Positions 44,370 through 53,977 of a stretch of DNA of 64,000 nt are shown one piece after another. Where the stretch lies: NCBI GenBank assembly GCA_964586235.1, contig CAZPIO010000004.1, forward strand, positions 8,402 to 72,401, written 5' to 3'. The position numbers and the translations under genes were made by a program. This DNA comes from an uncultured Planctomycetales bacterium. GTDB lineage: Bacteria > Planctomycetota > Phycisphaerae > UBA1845 > PWPN01. The stretch's first letter is position 1. Every line of letters begins with the position of its first letter. The notes under the pieces were generated by a model that ran no database searches, was not told where the DNA came from, and worked only from the letters and a program-made list of their open reading frames with translations.

Positions 44370-47066
44370 ATGTCCGATCAGAAGCGCACCGCGCACTATG
44401 TGGCGAGCACTCACTGGGACCGCGAGTGGTATGAGCCGTTTCAGGACTACCGCTTCCGGCTCGTCAGGCTCATGGATGAGGTCCTGGACTTCATGCAGGT
44501 TGAGCCGGAGTTCAAGTACTTCCACACCGACGGCCAGGCGATCCTCATCGAGGACTACCTGGAGGCCAGGCCGGAGCGGGAGGCCCAGTTGCGGGCCCTG
44601 GCCGAGGCCGGCCGTCTGCGGATCGGCCCGTGGTACGTCATGCCCGATGAGTTCGTCATCTCGGGCGAGTCTCTCATCCGCAACCTGCAACTGGGGCTGG
44701 CCACCAGCAGCCGTTACGGCCGGCCGTCCCGCGTCGGATTCGTCTGCGACATGTTCGGCCACATCTCGCAGTTGCCGCAGATTCTTCGCGGTTTCGGTAT
44801 TGATAGCGCGTTCTTCTTCCGGGGAACCAACGACCGAACGCATGGGGCCGTCTGGCGATGGCAAGGGGCCGACGGCTCGGAGGTCATCGTCAACCGTTTC
44901 CCGCGCATTCATGGTTACACCGCGTACGCGTATCACGTGCGGAAGGTCATGTCGCTGGACGAGCCGTTCGACCTCGATTCAGCGACGGCCGAGCTTGTGC
45001 AGATGGTGCATCGCGAGAAGAACCGCCACAGCACGCCCTCGTTCCTGCTCTTCGACGGCTCCGATCACATCGAGATCGAGCCGCAGACGATCGAGCTTCT
45101 GCGTCGGGTCAACGACAGGCTCCAGGATGTCCGGATCATCCACTCGAATCTTGAGGCCTTCGTCGAGGACCTGCGGGCCCAGCAGGCCCACATCATCGAC
45201 GTGTTCAAGGGCGAGCTTCGCGATCCGGCCGAAGTCGGTGACGACGCGCTGCTCCTGCACGGCGTGTTGTCCAGCCGGATGTACCTCAAGCAGGCCAACG
45301 CCCGCTGCGAAAACGAGCTCTGCCTGTGGGCTGAGCCGTTCGCTGCCTTCGCTGACCGGCTGGGCGAGCCGTATCCCCATCAGTTCCTGAACCTGGCCTG
45401 GCGAGACCTGATCACCAACCATGCTCATGACTCGATGTGCGGCTGCTCGCTCGACGCCGTGCACGAGGACATGATGGGCCGTTTCCGGCAGTCGTTGCAG
45501 ATCTCACGCCACGTGGCGACCGATGCGCTGCGGCAGATCGCCCTGAGCGTCGAGCGGCCGGCGATGAGCGAGAAGGACTTCACTGTTGTTGCGTTCAATC
45601 CCGGGGCGGATGACCTTGACGGCCCGGTGGATCTGACCCTTCGCTTCCCCGTCGATACCGATTCGCTGTTCCATGAGGGACTGGGCTACGAGCCGAAGGT
45701 GAGCTTCCGTCTTTATGATGCTGCCGGCACCGAACTGCCTTATCAGCTCGTCAACCAGCGATGGAATCGCCATGGTTTCCGCCGGCCTCTGAAGAAGTTT
45801 CCGGGTCCGGACGATCGGCACGAAGTGGACGTGAGCGTGCACCTCCGTATCCCGTCTTATGGATACACCACCCTTGTGTGTCGTCCGGCCGCCCGTGGAG
45901 AGCCGACAAGATACCCGGGTACGATGCTGGTCGATCCGCGTACGATCGAGAACGAGTACCTGCGCGTGCGCGTCCAGCCGAACGGGACGCTGTCTCTGCT
46001 GGACAAGCGAAGCAACCAGACATACGACGACCTGCTGATGTTCGAGGACTGCGCCGACATCGGCGACGGCTGGTACCACGGCCCTGCGGTCAACGACGAG
46101 GTGTTCAATTCGGGCGGTTGCGCGAGCGAGGTGGCGGTCGTCGCCAACGGGATCTGCAAGGCCACGCTGAAGGTGACGCTCAGACTCGATCTGCCGCGTT
46201 GTTTCCGCTTTGACCGCATGATGCGCAGTGAAGAGACGGCGCCGATGCGGATCACCAGCTTCGTGACGCTTCGACAGGAGACCGATCATGTCGAGGTGCA
46301 CACCGTGGTTGAGAACACGATCCGCGATCATCGGCTTCGGGTGCTCCTGCCGACCAGTGCGAAGGCGGACACCTATTTTGCCGACAGCGCGTTCGACGTG
46401 GTCGAACGGCCGATTGCTTTGCGGGCGGACAACGCCTCGTATCGCGAGATGGAGGTCGAGACGAAGCCCCAGTACACCTGGACGGCGGTCTGCGAAAGCG
46501 TGACTCAGGACCGCGGGTTGGCCGTGGTCAGCACAGGGCTGCCCGAGTCAGCGGTCTGCGATCTGCCGGGCCGGCCGATCGCCCTGACTCTGCTGCGATC
46601 GTTTATCAAAGCCTTCATGACCGATGGCAATGAGGGCGGCCAGATGCAGGGCACGCACGAGTTCGACTACCTGCTTGTTCCACTCAACGGCTCGTTGCAG
46701 CAAGTCAGGCTCTGTCGGCTCGGACAGAGACTGGCCGCTCCGCCGAGATGTGTGCAGATCGAGCGGCGGGATCTGGCCAACGCCCCGAAAACCGCCTTGC
46801 CCGCAGGCCACTCATTCCTGAAGCTTAACTCCGGCCAGTCAGTTGTCACCGCTGTTCACATGCTCAAGGACCGGCAGGGGTGGCTTGTCCGTCTGTTCAA
46901 TCCGACTGACGAGACGATCACCGAGACGCTCGAATGCCCCCATCCCATTCGTTCGGCTGAGCATGTTGACCTGGAAGGCCGGCCGATTACCGCCCTGGCC
47001 GTTTCAGGCGGCCGGGTCTCGCTGTCCCTGGATCCCCGGCAGATCGTTACCCTGCGGCTCGCGTAG
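44370..47066 (+). CDS. GH38 alpha-mannosidase family protein
   Basis: STHWDREWY, TDGQA, IGPWYVMPDE, CDMFGH, GSDH, NHAHDSMCGCS and RDHRLRV. GGAGG RBS. Confidence 0.93.
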   Translation: MSDQKRTAHYVASTHWDREWYEPFQDYRFRLVRLMDEVLDFMQVEPEFKYFHTDGQAILIEDYLEARPEREAQLRALAEAGRLRIGPWYVMPDEFVISGESLIRNLQLGLATSSRYGRPSRVGFVCDMFGHISQLPQILRGFGIDSAFFFRGTNDRTHGAVWRWQGADGSEVIVNRFPRIHGYTAYAYHVRKVMSLDEPFDLDSATAELVQMVHREKNRHSTPSFLLFDGSDHIEIEPQTIELLRRVNDRLQDVRIIHSNLEAFVEDLRAQQAHIIDVFKGELRDPAEVGDDALLLHGVLSSRMYLKQANARCENELCLWAEPFAAFADRLGEPYPHQFLNLAWRDLITNHAHDSMCGCSLDAVHEDMMGRFRQSLQISRHVATDALRQIALSVERPAMSEKDFTVVAFNPGADDLDGPVDLTLRFPVDTDSLFHEGLGYEPKVSFRLYDAAGTELPYQLVNQRWNRHGFRRPLKKFPGPDDRHEVDVSVHLRIPSYGYTTLVCRPAARGEPTRYPGTMLVDPRTIENEYLRVRVQPNGTLSLLDKRSNQTYDDLLMFEDCADIGDGWYHGPAVNDEVFNSGGCASEVAVVANGICKATLKVTLRLDLPRCFRFDRMMRSEETAPMRITSFVTLRQETDHVEVHTVVENTIRDHRLRVLLPTSAKADTYFADSAFDVVERPIALRADNASYREMEVETKPQYTWTAVCESVTQDRGLAVVSTGLPESAVCDLPGRPIALTLLRSFIKAFMTDGNEGGQMQGTHEFDYLLVPLNGSLQQVRLCRLGQRLAAPPRCVQIERRDLANAPKTALPAGHSFLKLNSGQSVVTAVHMLKDRQGWLVRLFNPTDETITETLECPHPIRSAEHVDLEGRPITALAVSGGRVSLSLDPRQIVTLRLA

Positions 47067-48611
47067 GCGGAGGTCCCACACCGTCAGGCCAGTCGAATCG
47101 CGCTTGCTCAGGTCCGGAAGGAGCAAGGACGCGATGTAGCCGACGGCGAACGAGGTGACATTCGAGCAGGTCGACAGCAGGAACGCATGGAACGGGAACC
47201 GGTATACTTGCCAGGCTTTCGGAAGGGTGATCTGCGCGAGCTCCAGCAGCTTGTCGGAGGTGCCCCAGGCGGTAACCGCAACGCCGGCCGCCAGACCGAT
47301 GTACACCCCCAGGGCGTGCGCCCGCCGCACGAGGAAAGCCAGCAGGAAAATGCCGAACAGGCCGCCGGCCAGGATTGAGTAGACCGTATAGCTGAAATCC
47401 AGCGCCTCCTGCACGCCGAGCATAGCCAGTCCCGCCGTGGTCCCGAGTGCCCCCCAGAAGCAGGTCGCGATCTTCGACAGCCTCAGGAGATGCCGGTCAG
47501 AAGCATGCGGGCGCACGCGGCGATAGAAATCGTTGATGGACACGAGCGCCATGCTGTTCATGTTCGTGTCGAGACAGGACACCCCCGCGGCGCACATCGC
47601 CGCGAGAACCAAACCGACCATTCCCGTCGGCAGGCAGGTCATCACGAAGTAAGGGAACACCCGGGTGTGCTCCGCAGCGATCTCCGCGGGCAGACGGCCT
47701 GGATAGATCTGGTATCGCGAGTAGAGCAGCGTGCCGATGAACATGAAAAGCGTCCAGGTGAACAGGCAGCCGCAGGCCCCGATCCAGACTCCCTTTCTCG
47801 CTTCGTGTACCGACTTCACGGCCAGGTAACGCTGCACGGTTTCCTGGGTCGTCGAGTAGCCGGAGCTGAAGCCGAAGAGCCCCATGAGCATCATGACCAG
47901 AATCGTCGGCTCGCTCAGATCGAAAGAGAGGTGAGCCAGTCGGAACTTGTCCGCACTGGCGGCCATCTCGATCATGTTCACCGGCCCGCCCGCGGTGGTT
48001 GTCAGGAGAACCGCGGCGCTGACCAGGCCGCCCAGCAGCAGCACGCCGGTCTGCAGGACATCCGTGCAGATCACGGCTTCGATGCCGCCGAGCACCGTGT
48101 AACCGATGGTGATCACCCCCGTCACCAGGATGACCAGCCGGACATCCCAGCCTGTCATGGTCTGGATGGCCTTGGCCTCGAGGAAGACGATAAAACCCAT
48201 CCGGAACAGGTTGTTGAGGATGTACAGCGTGGCCGCGAAGGCACGCGCGGGATATCCAAAGCGTTTTTCGAGGTACTCGTAGGGGCCGGCGCGGACCGTC
48301 CGGCGGTAGAACGGGATCACCACCAGGGTGATAAAGAGCACGGCAACAGGCAGCATGAAACCCGGCAGCAGGTTGGTCCAGTCGTCGCCGAAGCCGTCCG
48401 CCGGGTATGCCAGGAACGTCGCCGTGCTGATCGCCCCGGCGAAAAGTGAGATACCCGCCGCCCAGCCGGGTACGGAACGGCCGCCCATGAAGTACTCCTC
48501 GGTACTTGTTTGGCGGCGCGCGAACACCAGGCCGATCAGGGCAACGAGTCCAAAATAGACGACGACGACGCCCCAGTCTATCCACGTCAGAGTTTTGGCT
48601 GCCTCTTCCAC
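47004..48611 (-). CDS. Sodium:solute symporter (SSS), SiaT/sugar-type
   Basis: IDWGVVVVYF, EEYFMGGRSVPGWAAGISLFA, YEYLEKRFG, GGIEAVICTD and QETVQRY, with many TM helices. The GTG start at 48611 has a GAGG RBS. Confidence 0.92.
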   Translation of the reverse strand: MEEAAKTLTWIDWGVVVVYFGLVALIGLVFARRQTSTEEYFMGGRSVPGWAAGISLFAGAISTATFLAYPADGFGDDWTNLLPGFMLPVAVLFITLVVIPFYRRTVRAGPYEYLEKRFGYPARAFAATLYILNNLFRMGFIVFLEAKAIQTMTGWDVRLVILVTGVITIGYTVLGGIEAVICTDVLQTGVLLLGGLVSAAVLLTTTAGGPVNMIEMAASADKFRLAHLSFDLSEPTILVMMLMGLFGFSSGYSTTQETVQRYLAVKSVHEARKGVWIGACGCLFTWTLFMFIGTLLYSRYQIYPGRLPAEIAAEHTRVFPYFVMTCLPTGMVGLVLAAMCAAGVSCLDTNMNSMALVSINDFYRRVRPHASDRHLLRLSKIATCFWGALGTTAGLAMLGVQEALDFSYTVYSILAGGLFGIFLLAFLVRRAHALGVYIGLAAGVAVTAWGTSDKLLELAQITLPKAWQVYRFPFHAFLLSTCSNVTSFAVGYIASLLLPDLSKRDSTGLTVWDLRLREPQGNDLPGIQGQRDPAA

Positions 48612-48659
48612 TGTAAACCTCTTCGAATCCGGAACCACAGCGCTCGACAGGCGGCGAGC

Positions 48660-48689
48660 ATGCTAACCGCAGCGCAGGCCCGCAGGCAA
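48660..48689 (-). promoter_or_regulatory. Possible sigma70 promoter for the SSS gene
   Basis: Minus strand TTGCCT-N18-TAGCAT. Confidence 0.3.
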
Positions 48690-48862
48690 CACGGCGGGGG
48701 GCCTGCATCGCGCGATGGTCAACCCGATGGCTGAACCTGGCGGCTCGTCACGGAGTCGACCGCCTGTGCCTGACAGGCTGCCGATCAGCTCGTCTGACTG
48801 CATCCGGATTTGCGCGATCTCTTGAATCCGTTGACGTGCCGGTTGTCGTGCGTCGGCCGCCG

Positions 48863-50014
48863 TCACACCGAGGCCACGGACTGCCGCGGGATCAGATCGA
48901 CGTCGATGACTGCATGCTCGGGCTCGATATCGATCTTGGGCGTCTGCAGACGTCGCTCGAGCAGCTCCACCGCTTTCCTCCCGATCTCCGTCGGCCGCTG
49001 TGCGACCACGGTCACCGGAGGCGTTATCGCCCGTGTGATATCCGAGTCGTCGACGCAGATGATGGAGACATCCTTCGGGATGCGCAACCCCAGCTCGCGG
49101 CACGCCTCGAAAGCACCCCACGCCACGTAATCATTGAGCGCGAAAAACGCCAGGGGCGGCCGGCAGTCCTGCAGCAGGGGCAACACCGCCTCGTACCCCT
49201 CGAGCCACCGCTTGCCCTCCCGAATGCCGCGCTTCGAAGCCTCAGGGTCGATCCAGACCATGTGTTTGCGGGTTGGCTCGGTGTCGCCTGCGATCATGGC
49301 CCTCTCAAAGCCGCGGATTCTCGCTGCAATCGAGGTCATGACCGACGGTTGCCAGGTGATCATGAAAACCTGCCGGTGTCCGTGTTGGAGCAGGTATTCG
49401 GTGGCCAGGTAGCCGGCCTTCTCATGGTCCGACTCGACGAGATCGACCCTCAACCCCGGCACGCCGCGATCCACGAGCACGATGGTGTGTCCGGCGAGTT
49501 TGAGCTTTACGAGAGTCTCCAGATTGGCGTGGCCGCCGCTCGGCAGGATGATCGTCCCGCGCGCCCCGGAGTCGATCAGCCGGGTGAGGTTGCTGGCCTC
49601 GAGATCGTCGCTGAGGCGTGCGTCATAGATGAGCAGCTCCCAGCCGCGCTGCTGGCAGGCTTGCTCGATGCTGCGAGCGATCTGCATCTCGAACGCCCCG
49701 CCGATGTTGATGGTTGTCACGGCGATCGTCACGCGTTTCCCGGCCTTGCTCGGGAAGGAAGGATGGACAAAGGCTCCCACGTCGCGCACATGGTAAAGGC
49801 ACCCCTCTCGCTCCAATACGCGGATCGCCTGTCGGATCGTGTTGGTGCTCACATTGAACTGGGTGGCGAGATCGCGGAGGGCAGGCAGTTTCACCCCGGC
49901 GATCAGTTGACCGTCGGTCATCTGCCGGCGCAACGCCTCCGTCACCGCACGGTAACGCGGAGCCCGGGGACGCCCGAGGACGTTGCGGTCGATCTTGCTC
50001 TGTCTGGCCTTCAT
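48863..50014 (-). CDS. GntR-HTH plus LacI-type sugar-binding domain transcriptional regulator (AraR-like architecture)
   Basis: LPALRDLATQFNVSTNTIRQAIRVLEREG wHTH followed by a periplasmic-binding-protein domain (VLVDR, FFALNDYVA, IPKDVSIICVDD). Confidence 0.92.
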   Translation of the reverse strand: MKARQSKIDRNVLGRPRAPRYRAVTEALRRQMTDGQLIAGVKLPALRDLATQFNVSTNTIRQAIRVLEREGCLYHVRDVGAFVHPSFPSKAGKRVTIAVTTINIGGAFEMQIARSIEQACQQRGWELLIYDARLSDDLEASNLTRLIDSGARGTIILPSGGHANLETLVKLKLAGHTIVLVDRGVPGLRVDLVESDHEKAGYLATEYLLQHGHRQVFMITWQPSVMTSIAARIRGFERAMIAGDTEPTRKHMVWIDPEASKRGIREGKRWLEGYEAVLPLLQDCRPPLAFFALNDYVAWGAFEACRELGLRIPKDVSIICVDDSDITRAITPPVTVVAQRPTEIGRKAVELLERRLQTPKIDIEPEHAVIDVDLIPRQSVASV

Positions 50015-50027
50015 ACCTATAGGATAA

Positions 50028-50170
50028 TCACTTTGTGACAGCGATTCAAGAGGAAACAAGTCGCTGTGAGAGCTCTTTGGTAGTACCTAAAGTATTGTTA
50101 TAGAACATGTTAAGGCCGATGAGGTGAAAATCGACTTGTTTCTCTGAAAACGCGACGTCACATTGTGACG
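50028..50170. promoter_or_regulatory. Mirror-symmetric divergent control region with candidate operators
   Basis: TCACTTTGTGAC (50028-50039) and CGTCACATTGTGACG (50156-50170). Perfect inverted pair GAAACAAGTCG (50053-50063) / CGACTTGTTTC (50132-50142). AT-rich core with TG-T-TATAGA at 50096-50104. Confidence 0.6.
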
Positions 50171-50304
50171 CATCGGTTGAATCAGTTCACGACTTGTGGT
50201 ATTTTAGTAGCGGCTCCGCTTCTGCCGACAGCACCTGCGGATGCCGAGGAGGGCCGGATGGCATTTCACTTGGTGTGGTGTGTTGCGCGGATCGCATCTC
50301 GCGG

Positions 50305-50360
50305 TGCGGCGCCGGCGTCCCGCCAGGCACGGGCATTACCGGCAGGACGCCTGTGCCGCA
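50305..50360. repeat. REP doublet
   Basis: TGCGGCGCCGGCGTCCCGCCAG and, on the opposite strand, TGCGGCACAGGCGTCCTGCCGG, in inverted orientation. Confidence 0.6.
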
Positions 50361-50565
50361 AGTGCCGAAACCGCAGGATGCAGCAATCATGACTGACCAG
50401 ACCAGTACCCCCCTCGACAACCGCAACGAGATGTCGCGTGATGATTCGAGCTGCCGGCGGCGGATGCGGATGAGCGTTGGCCATCTGCCTGACTGTGGCC
50501 GGTGTGTCCAAAACGTTGGCCGGCCGCCCGGAGGCTGATCGCGGGCCCAGAAAGGAGCGTCTCAG

Positions 50566-53500
50566 GTGAAGGAATGCATGCGCAGCCCGCGATTCTTGGC
50601 CGGTGCCGTTTTCGCTGTCGCCTTGAATGGCGCTGCGGTCGCGCAGGTTCTGGTCCTTGAGGATCCCTTGCAGGGATCCAAGATCGGGACCTTCGACGGC
50701 GGAAGCGGACAGTTTGTCATCGGGGGCTGGAAGATCACCAGCAAGGCGGATGCGATCTACTGGCATCTTCCACATACCGTGTACAAAGGCGCTGCGGAGT
50801 TCTCCGTAAAGGGACTGAATCCGAACGAGTGCCGGCCCGGGCTGACGGACAAGTCCGAGCTCTTCCACATGTACGACTACACGTACGAGAACGCTGATAC
50901 CAACTACGGCGGTTACCGGAACAACCCCTTCAAGCACTTCATCCGGAAGATCGGGTGCGACGGCGCCTACAAGAACGTGGTCGACGCTCTGGAACTGGTC
51001 CTGGTAATCGCCCCGAACTACCAGGAGCCGGACACGGGCGTTCTCGGCTGGAACGCCAACACCACGTACGTCTTTCGCGAAGAATGGGGGCCGGACGGAC
51101 AGGGGAACTGCGTTTTCAGAACCTACCGGGACGGCATCCTCCTGAAGACCATGAGCGAGCCCGGGAGTTGGTCTCCGTTTGGACACAGCGTACGCATCGG
51201 GCGGGCCAGGATGGACGAGTGGTCGGGTGCACCGCTCGACGCGATTTTCAGTTACGTGAAGGTCTGGGACATGGAGACGGCCATACCGACCGCGCCCGTT
51301 CTTACCAGTCCCGGCATCGGCAAAACGGTCAACACAATTACCCCGTGCATCCGGTGGGCCTGGACGCCGACGTTCAATCGTTACCAGGTGCGGATCACGA
51401 CCGGCAACAGCCCGACCGCCGGCATCGTCTGGGACTCGGGTGAGGTGATCTCGGTCCGCAACTATGCGGACACCGGGCCCCTGGCGAACCTGGCCAACTA
51501 CTACGCCTGGGTCAGGCTCGGTAACGTCGTCGGATGGACCGGCTGGAGTGCATCCGGCCAGTGGTTCAGGGTCGACACTTCCTACACACCGTTCAACCAC
51601 GGCGTGACGAGCCTCATCGGCAACTCGCTGAGAGACAGCCGAGGCGAGTTCCTCGGTCTTGGCTTCACCTACATGGAAGGCCTCGGCTTCTGCAGAAACG
51701 ATCGCGCCCGCTTCGAAAGCGACCTGGCGTTCATGTCGTCGAGGGGCTTCAACTACATGCGTATTCTCTCGGAAGTGCCCGGGGCGTGCGATCAGGACTA
51801 CTGGTACGGCAGAAGCATCAACGCCTCAACCTACACGTGCCAACACGGGTCTGTTGCCAACGAGTGGCCGGACTACGACCAGCAGTTCAGGGACATGGTC
51901 GACATCGCCTACGACAAGTACGGTTTGCGCACCGAGGTGACCATCTTCGGTGGGGCGGGCGAGTCATTCCCGACCTATGCCGGCCGGCAGGCCCATTGCC
52001 AACGAATCGTGAACCTGATCGCAGGGCGGGAACACAAGATCGCCTATATCGAGATCGCGAATGAAGCCTGGCAGACGGGGTTTCCGTGGCCCCAGGGCAG
52101 AGAGGATCTGCGTGCCCTGTGCAAGTACGTTGCCGACCGTACGGATGTGCTCGTTGCGATCACATCCATGAACGGGACCAACGATGATTTGATGGATCTC
52201 TACCTGGGCAGTGCGGCGGACATCGCGACGGAGCACTTCACTCGGGACACAACCGAGAACAACTGGATCATGGTCAGGGACTGCTGGAGAGTGCAGGACG
52301 CGGTGAACCTGGGTGTTCCGGCGGTGAGCAGCGATGAGCCGGCCGGTCCCGGCTCGTCGGTGGTGTCGGAAACCGACCCCATCAAGCTCGTCTCGGCTGC
52401 GTGCTTCGCCTGGATCGCCAAGCTGCCATCCTATGTGCTTCATTCGAGAGCCGGGGTGCGCGGCGACTACCGGTTCGAGGACATGGCGGGTGTCAATGAC
52501 TTCAAATACCTCCAGGACATCATCCCTCCGGACGTGGCGAGTTGGGCGCGAAACGACGGCAAGGAATCGGCAGCGCCCTTCACGGTCTATTGCGACGGCT
52601 ATGCCAACCAGTACTGGACCGACCCCGGCAGGAGCGGGGCCGTCACCGGCTGCCACAGAAACATCGGCGGGATCAAGTGCCTGGACTTCGTGTGCTACCC
52701 GCAGGGGATTCGCAGCGGAGGAGTCACGCTCGCGGCCAGAAGAGACATGAGCTTCAACGTCTATCATCCCATGACCGGTGAGGTTGTGGACTCAAGAACG
52801 CTGATCGAGGGCCAGAGTCTCACGCTGCCGCCGGGCCCCGGGGCCTACATCATCAAGGGCACGTTTCCCGGCGGCGACACGAGCCCGCCCGCGCCGGTGG
52901 TCAAGTTCGCGGCCAATCCCGGTGACGAACAGAACGTCTTGACGTGGACCAATCCCAGCGACGCCGATTTCTGGGGAACGAGGATCATCTGTCGGACCGA
53001 TCGGTTTCCGGAATCGGTGGATGACGGCACGGTGGTATGCGACAGCAGGGGCGGTCCAGGGTCAAAGGCGCTGTACGTCCACGCGGGTCTGGCCAACGGA
53101 GCGGCCTGCTACTATGCAGCGTTTGCCTATGACTGTCTGCCGAACTACTCGACGGCTGCGACCGACACGGCAAAGCCGCTGGAAGGTTTGTGCCTTTCGG
53201 ACGAATTCACCTATCCCAACGGGGACCTGAACGGCAATGATGGGTGGGCAGGCTCGGCCGGCCCGTACATCCGAATCGCCAACGACACGCTGGCGATCGA
53301 GGGGAGCGCGACCAGTTATGACGCGATCAGGATGGTGAGCTGCTCGGATCCCGGCACCGGTTGCATCAAGGTGTCGGTGAAGGTCCGCAGCGGTGTTGGC
53401 GACGCGACCATGTGGAGCTTGTGGTGCGACGATCCCTCGGGCAAGAATCTGGCCCGCTGGTATGGCGGGGGCACAACGGCCCGCGGCCGGATCGGGGATT

Positions 53501-53946
53501 CAGGTATCGTGACGGCTCTCCAGACGTTGACCGATGGTTGGGATTATCTGGTGGTCAAGATCGATCCCGCGGCCAACACCTCGGAGTTTCTCCTCAACGG
53601 GACCTCCATCGGTGCGCTCGATCACACCGGCACCGGGGCGGGTGATACCCTGGGCAGGCTCCGGTTCGAGAGCATCGCCAACAGCGAGGCCACCGGCCAC
53701 TATCTGTATTTCGATGACCTGAGGATCGGCGAGCCCTTGATACCGGGCGATTTTGACGGCGATGAAGACGTCGATCAGGAGGATTTCGGTCACCTGCAGC
53801 AGTGCCTGTCTGGAGACGGCGCAAGTGTAGCGCCGCAGTGCCAGAATGCCGATCTGGACCCGGACGGGGACGTGGATCAGCTCGATGTGAGTCGGTTCGT
53901 AGAGTGCATGGGCGGGTCGGGTCAGGCGTCGCCGTGCGCTCAGTAG
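50566..53946 (+). CDS. Secreted multimodular protein: beta-sandwich, FN3-like, clan GH-A-like TIM barrel, FN3, LamG-like, C-terminal dockerin-like module
   Basis: Signal peptide; IEIANEAW (candidate acid/base) and SSDEP (candidate nucleophile); FN3 module DTSPPAPV...YYAAFAYD; GDFDGDEDVDQEDF...ADLDPDGDVDQLD at 53746-53943. AAGGAG RBS. Confidence 0.8.
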   Translation: MKECMRSPRFLAGAVFAVALNGAAVAQVLVLEDPLQGSKIGTFDGGSGQFVIGGWKITSKADAIYWHLPHTVYKGAAEFSVKGLNPNECRPGLTDKSELFHMYDYTYENADTNYGGYRNNPFKHFIRKIGCDGAYKNVVDALELVLVIAPNYQEPDTGVLGWNANTTYVFREEWGPDGQGNCVFRTYRDGILLKTMSEPGSWSPFGHSVRIGRARMDEWSGAPLDAIFSYVKVWDMETAIPTAPVLTSPGIGKTVNTITPCIRWAWTPTFNRYQVRITTGNSPTAGIVWDSGEVISVRNYADTGPLANLANYYAWVRLGNVVGWTGWSASGQWFRVDTSYTPFNHGVTSLIGNSLRDSRGEFLGLGFTYMEGLGFCRNDRARFESDLAFMSSRGFNYMRILSEVPGACDQDYWYGRSINASTYTCQHGSVANEWPDYDQQFRDMVDIAYDKYGLRTEVTIFGGAGESFPTYAGRQAHCQRIVNLIAGREHKIAYIEIANEAWQTGFPWPQGREDLRALCKYVADRTDVLVAITSMNGTNDDLMDLYLGSAADIATEHFTRDTTENNWIMVRDCWRVQDAVNLGVPAVSSDEPAGPGSSVVSETDPIKLVSAACFAWIAKLPSYVLHSRAGVRGDYRFEDMAGVNDFKYLQDIIPPDVASWARNDGKESAAPFTVYCDGYANQYWTDPGRSGAVTGCHRNIGGIKCLDFVCYPQGIRSGGVTLAARRDMSFNVYHPMTGEVVDSRTLIEGQSLTLPPGPGAYIIKGTFPGGDTSPPAPVVKFAANPGDEQNVLTWTNPSDADFWGTRIICRTDRFPESVDDGTVVCDSRGGPGSKALYVHAGLANGAACYYAAFAYDCLPNYSTAATDTAKPLEGLCLSDEFTYPNGDLNGNDGWAGSAGPYIRIANDTLAIEGSATSYDAIRMVSCSDPGTGCIKVSVKVRSGVGDATMWSLWCDDPSGKNLARWYGGGTTARGRIGDSGIVTALQTLTDGWDYLVVKIDPAANTSEFLLNGTSIGALDHTGTGAGDTLGRLRFESIANSEATGHYLYFDDLRIGEPLIPGDFDGDEDVDQEDFGHLQQCLSGDGASVAPQCQNADLDPDGDVDQLDVSRFVECMGGSGQASPCAQ

Positions 53947-53977
53947 GAATGACCTGCGATTAAGGAGAGAATCAGGC

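Noticed and set aside
47108-47125. TCAGGTCCGGAAGGAGCA resembles the SRP RNA domain IV core (CAGG-UCC-GGAA-GGA-AGCA)
   Set aside because: One conserved A is missing, no long flanking helix forms, and it lies antisense within the SSS coding sequence (SLLLPDLS). Probably chance.
50165-50392. 75-aa ORF with a signal-peptide-like start upstream of the dockerin cluster
   Set aside because: The GTG start lies inside the operator palindrome, there is no RBS, and the frame runs through a REP doublet. At most a remnant.
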